A DNA stretch of 10,414 nt from Zygophlyctis sp. KS116 (taxonomy: Eukaryota; Fungi; Chytridiomycota): contig BAAFSQ010000326.1 of NCBI GenBank assembly GCA_054661495.1, forward strand, positions 1-10,414, read 5' to 3'. Shown here piece after piece: positions 7,742 through 10,414 of this stretch (positions within the stretch are counted from its first letter, which is position 1; each line of letters opens with the position of its first letter). The translations under genes were made by a program, and so were the position numbers. The notes under the pieces were generated by a model that had not been told where the DNA came from, did no database searches, and was given only the letters and a program-made list of their open reading frames with translations.

Positions 7742-7771
7742 TGACTCAAAACTCTGATCATCTCTGAGTCA
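7742..7771. promoter_or_regulatory. Inverted pair of AP-1/Gcn4-type sites (TGACTCA-N16-TGAGTCA) upstream of paralog C
   Basis: Exact heptamers at 7742-7748 and 7765-7771, 80-110 nt upstream of the ATG at 7662. Confidence 0.35.
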
Positions 7772-7797
7772 CCTAGAATAAAGATAAGATCGACCAT

Positions 7798-8310
7798 TTA
7801 AAGAGGAATATTGCCATATTCTGAGATACTCACTGAAAGAAACGCTGAATACCAGTTCCTTGTCTTCAGCTAGAGTTTGTTCAAATCTTGATGTTTTACC
7901 TTGTTCTCCTACATTTACTGACTGAATATTTTCTTAAGCTTTCTTAACTCTTCCATATGTTGCTTGATTCTTTGAGGCGTTATTTATATAGCTTTTGGTA
8001 GATTCACTAAACTTTTAACTGTTGCTGTTGATATTGATATTGCAGTTAATATACTGCTTATTTTGGTATGATTCCAGAATTTTTGGTAAAAAATAATAAT
8101 CCAAAGAGCTGAATGTCGACTGCATCTGATGAAATTATCTTAAGATAAAAATTCGACCAAACTGACTCATACTCTTGGAATCTCCCCATAATCGTAGTTG
8201 ATATTATTCTAAAAGAAAGCAGATCCCAAAGCTTCGGCATAGACATTCATATGGTTTTTAGGATCTTCCTCTGCAACCTGATCAAGTATAGCACCAAAAG
8301 TTGGCTTTTG
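7798..8310 (-). pseudogene. Degenerate paralog D (3' part) of the secreted ankyrin-like family
   Basis: Minus-strand fragments align with B: QKPTFGAILDQVAEEDPKNHMNVYAEALGSAFF* (B: QRPTFTAVLDLVVKEKPKMRMDIYTEALSSSFY), WSNFYLK, WNHTKISSILTAIS and KAI*IT/SKNQATYGRVKKA*ENIQ (B: KAIEMTNSKNLATYGRVKRVLENIQ). There are several stops, frameshifts and a deletion. The 3' boundary is approximate. Confidence 0.9.
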
Positions 8311-8324
8311 TTAGGTTAATTGCC

Positions 8325-8365
8325 CAATATATTGCTTAATATATTGTATATATTAGAATATATTA
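8325..8365. repeat. Left subterminal repeats of the hAT element
   Basis: Tandem variants caatatattg (a perfect palindrome), taatatattg, gtatatatta and gaatatatta. Confidence 0.7.
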
Positions 8366-8938
8366 AAACCAGTTCCGATGCGATTAAAGGTAGTAGTTTA
8401 ATGAACAAGCGGAAACGGGATGATGGCTCTGCTGATGAAGCGTTCAAGGATTTTCGTAAAAATGTGTACCCACTACTCTATCGGTACTTATGCTGATCAG
8501 TCTGATGAGGATTTAATGGACTACCATATATGTCTGGCCTGCCATCCGTCAGGAAAGTTGGAATTAGGAACAACAAGAACATTGCCTAAATATGTGTATA
8601 AATCCTGCGCTTCTATAAATTTGAATGGACAATTAAGTTTTAAAAGTGGTTACCGGAATCTCGTGAGTCACTACGATAAGCAACATAATGGATGGCGTGG
8701 CATGGTAGTTGCTGCATACCAAAAAGGTGAAACTCAGCTTTCTATATAAAGATGCCATAATCACAAACCAATGGATGGAATTAATCATTGATAACAATTT
8801 ACCTGTTACGTATGTTGAAAAGAAAGGATTCACCAGGTTTACAAATATTCAGGATACGATATGTTACAAGACGTTTTTAAAAAGAATGAAGCTTGTAATG
8901 GAATATATTGAAGAGTTTATGCGAAAAAGACTAGCAAG

Positions 8939-8961
8939 GTATTATTTTGTTTGATAAAAAG
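8939..8961 (+). other. 23-nt intron in the transposase
   Basis: gtattattttgtttgataaaaag; removal joins KRLAS-VKRFGLMI in frame. Confidence 0.7.
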
Positions 8962-9598
8962 TGTAAAACGATTTGGATTGATGATTTATGGATGGTCGAG
9001 TAATTATACACATTATTTGGCAGTTTTTATAGTCACAAAAGAATATGGAACTGAATTGTTGTCATTTTCCCCTTTAAATGATGAAACTTCACTTACTACG
9101 GCTTGCATGGCAGATTCGATTGATTGGATTATTGATTACAATAAATTGGATTATAGCAAATGCTTATTTCTTGTGGGAGATAATGCTGAAGTTAATCCAT
9201 CCTAAGCTAGAAAAATTTGGCTATTCAAAATAAAGTTCTACAGTCAGACCAATTAAAGTCGCTTCTAAAAAAGGTGCATAATATGATGAAGAAATTAAGT
9301 ACAACAAAGAGACGTGCACTTGTCAAGACAAAGACGCAGCTTCGCCCAACGTTTTTAAATGCTACAAGATGGTCAAGCTGCTTTAATATGATAAAAAGAT
9401 TTTTTGAAATAATCGGACCAGTCACAGAATTATTTATTTACGACAGAGAAGATGATAGAGTTTCAGAAGATGCGCCGGCAGACCATTATAGCCGATCTAA
9501 AATGTATTCTCTCATACCAAATGCTGATGAACGACTGATGCTGCAAGAATACTATGATATGTTGCATCCATTTGAAAGCATAACCAGTAGCTTACAAG

Positions 9599-9625
9599 GT
9601 TGACTTATTTTAATTAAAATGACAG
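9599..9625 (+). other. 27-nt intron in the transposase
   Basis: gttgacttattttaattaaaatgacag; contains an in-frame TGA, and removal gives SSLQG-KKVNLYEAR. Confidence 0.8.
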
Positions 9626-10170
9626 GTAAAAAGGTTAACCTCTATGAAGCACGCCTTTTTTTTGATGTTTGTATGCGAAGAAGTCAAGCTTTAAATTTCC
9701 CAGCAACTAGAGAAGCAATGAAGGAGTATTTGGGAGAAGGTGCAGCCACTGGCAGCAAAAGTAAAAATTCGCATGATTTCGTGAATGGAATTATCAAAAT
9801 CCTAAAAGGTGGTGAAGCCTTTTTGACAAATGATGAGATTGGAGCTGTCGAGGTCTTTAAGAAACCCGAAATAATCACTGCGGCTACAGATTACAGCGGT
9901 CTATCACCCGATGAAGAGGTTGCTGCACGTTTAGCTCCCAGAAAAACCTCAAATTATTATGATGGATCATGGATTCCTTCCACTACTTGTGAAGTTGAGC
10001 GTTTCTTTTCACAATGCAAACTTAATCATTCAGAAAAGAGATTGGCGCTAACGAATGACCACTTAGAAATGATTATGTTCCTCAAGTTTCATAAACAGAA
10101 ATGGACAGTGGAAATTATTGATCAAGCCCTGAAAGCTGGTAAAGATGTGGATAGTCTATAATTACCGCTA

Positions 10171-10297
10171 AATATAATAATATTGTATACTACACGATTT
10201 AAAATTTTCGGCAATAGCAGTCGGCATTAATATTGCAATATGACAATATATTACTTTTTGTCTTTGCAGAACACAATATAATATAAAATACAATATT
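10171..10297. repeat. Right subterminal repeats of the hAT element
   Basis: Multiple aatattg/caatat copies. caatatatta (10244-10253) is the reverse complement of taatatattg (8337-8346). Confidence 0.65.
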
Positions 10298-10304
10298 CCC
10301 AAGC

Positions 10305-10347
10305 AGGCCTTGGAAAAATAATATTTAAATATATTTCCCCCCCCCCC
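10305..10347 (-). pseudogene. Probable upstream fragment of paralog D beyond the transposon
   Basis: 10305-10328 matches B 5808-5831 at 21/24 nt (KYYFSKA vs KYFSSKA). The C11 run aligns with cccgctcaccc in B. The match is short and AT-rich. Confidence 0.45.
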
Positions 10348-10414
10348 TTCAAAGATAGATATATTTATTTTTTCCAGATTTCGTCAAAAATAGATAATTT
10401 TATTCCTTGAAAAA

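Larger units (their letters stand above)
8401..10161 (+). pseudogene. hAT transposase pseudogene (BED zinc finger, RNase H-like DDE core, hAT C-terminal dimerisation domain)
   Basis: Recognisable motifs: MNKRKRDD (NLS-like), CLAC...SGYRNLVSHYDKQH (BED), FGLMIYGWS, FLVGDNA, NATRWSS and IPSTTCEVERFFS...LEMIMFLK. Lesions: frame breaks near 8490 and 8745, catalytic D to Y (TAT at 8987-8989), TAA at 9203-9205, and loss of the CxxH segment near 9215. Confidence 0.92.
8312..10312 (+). mobile_element. Inactive hAT-superfamily DNA transposon (ends approximate; left TIR apparently lost; no TSD found)
   Basis: A transposase remnant is flanked by AATAT(AT)TG-type subterminal repeats on both sides. The right end read inward is CAAGGCCTGCTTGGGAATATTG, which fits the (C/T)A(A/G)NG hAT terminus. 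Confidence 0.85.

Noticed and set aside
8464-8500. 37-nt GT-AG intron that would repair the first transposase frame break
   Set aside because: It has a GTG donor and is longer than every other intron here. A simple frameshift in an already decayed gene is at least as likely.
1155-9878. Other short ORFs (1155-1388, 4287-4472, 6509-6727, 8058-8246, 8633-8833, 9225-9425, 9684-9878)
   Set aside because: They overlap better-supported genes in antisense or alternative frames, or are chance open stretches of pseudogene D.
8401-10161. Programmed frameshifting, stop readthrough or domestication of the transposase
   Set aside because: The catalytic Asp is mutated, the CxxH segment is deleted and there are several independent lesions, which indicates ordinary decay.
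8303-10313. ggcttttg / ggccttgg as an 8-bp target-site duplication
   Set aside because: Only 6/8 match, the right copy overlaps the putative TIR, and the two flanks map to different parts of the host gene.
1-10414. Prokaryotic systems (CRISPR, operons), rRNA or tRNA genes, alternative genetic code
   Set aside because: No repeat-spacer array or recognisable structural RNA was seen. The in-frame stops in intact genes are explained by spliceosomal introns under the standard code.

Overview
AT-rich, gene-dense eukaryotic DNA in the standard genetic code. It carries ten inferred GT-AG introns of only 23-32 nt, which split genes across the supplied ORF track. A compact early-diverging fungal-type genome such as Rozella/Cryptomycota would fit, but that is inference only. 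Manual splicing gives three housekeeping genes on the minus strand: GNA1 (ending in a PTS1-like -SKL), an Apd1/Aim32-type bis-histidyl [2Fe-2S] protein, and ADI1. A 642-aa plus-strand protein has a putative signal peptide and class II terpene-cyclase-like motifs (PPDADDT ... NNVD ... YYPS). An intronless paralog family has four members in the window (one partial, two intact, one pseudogene). The intact copies combine a signal peptide, a conserved QQSVR leader, ankyrin-like repeats, a C-terminal NLS-like basic cluster and an FGMxFHPV tail, which makes them candidate host-nucleus-targeted effectors. The window ends with a dead hAT transposon that appears to sit inside the pseudogene copy and carries host-sized tiny introns.
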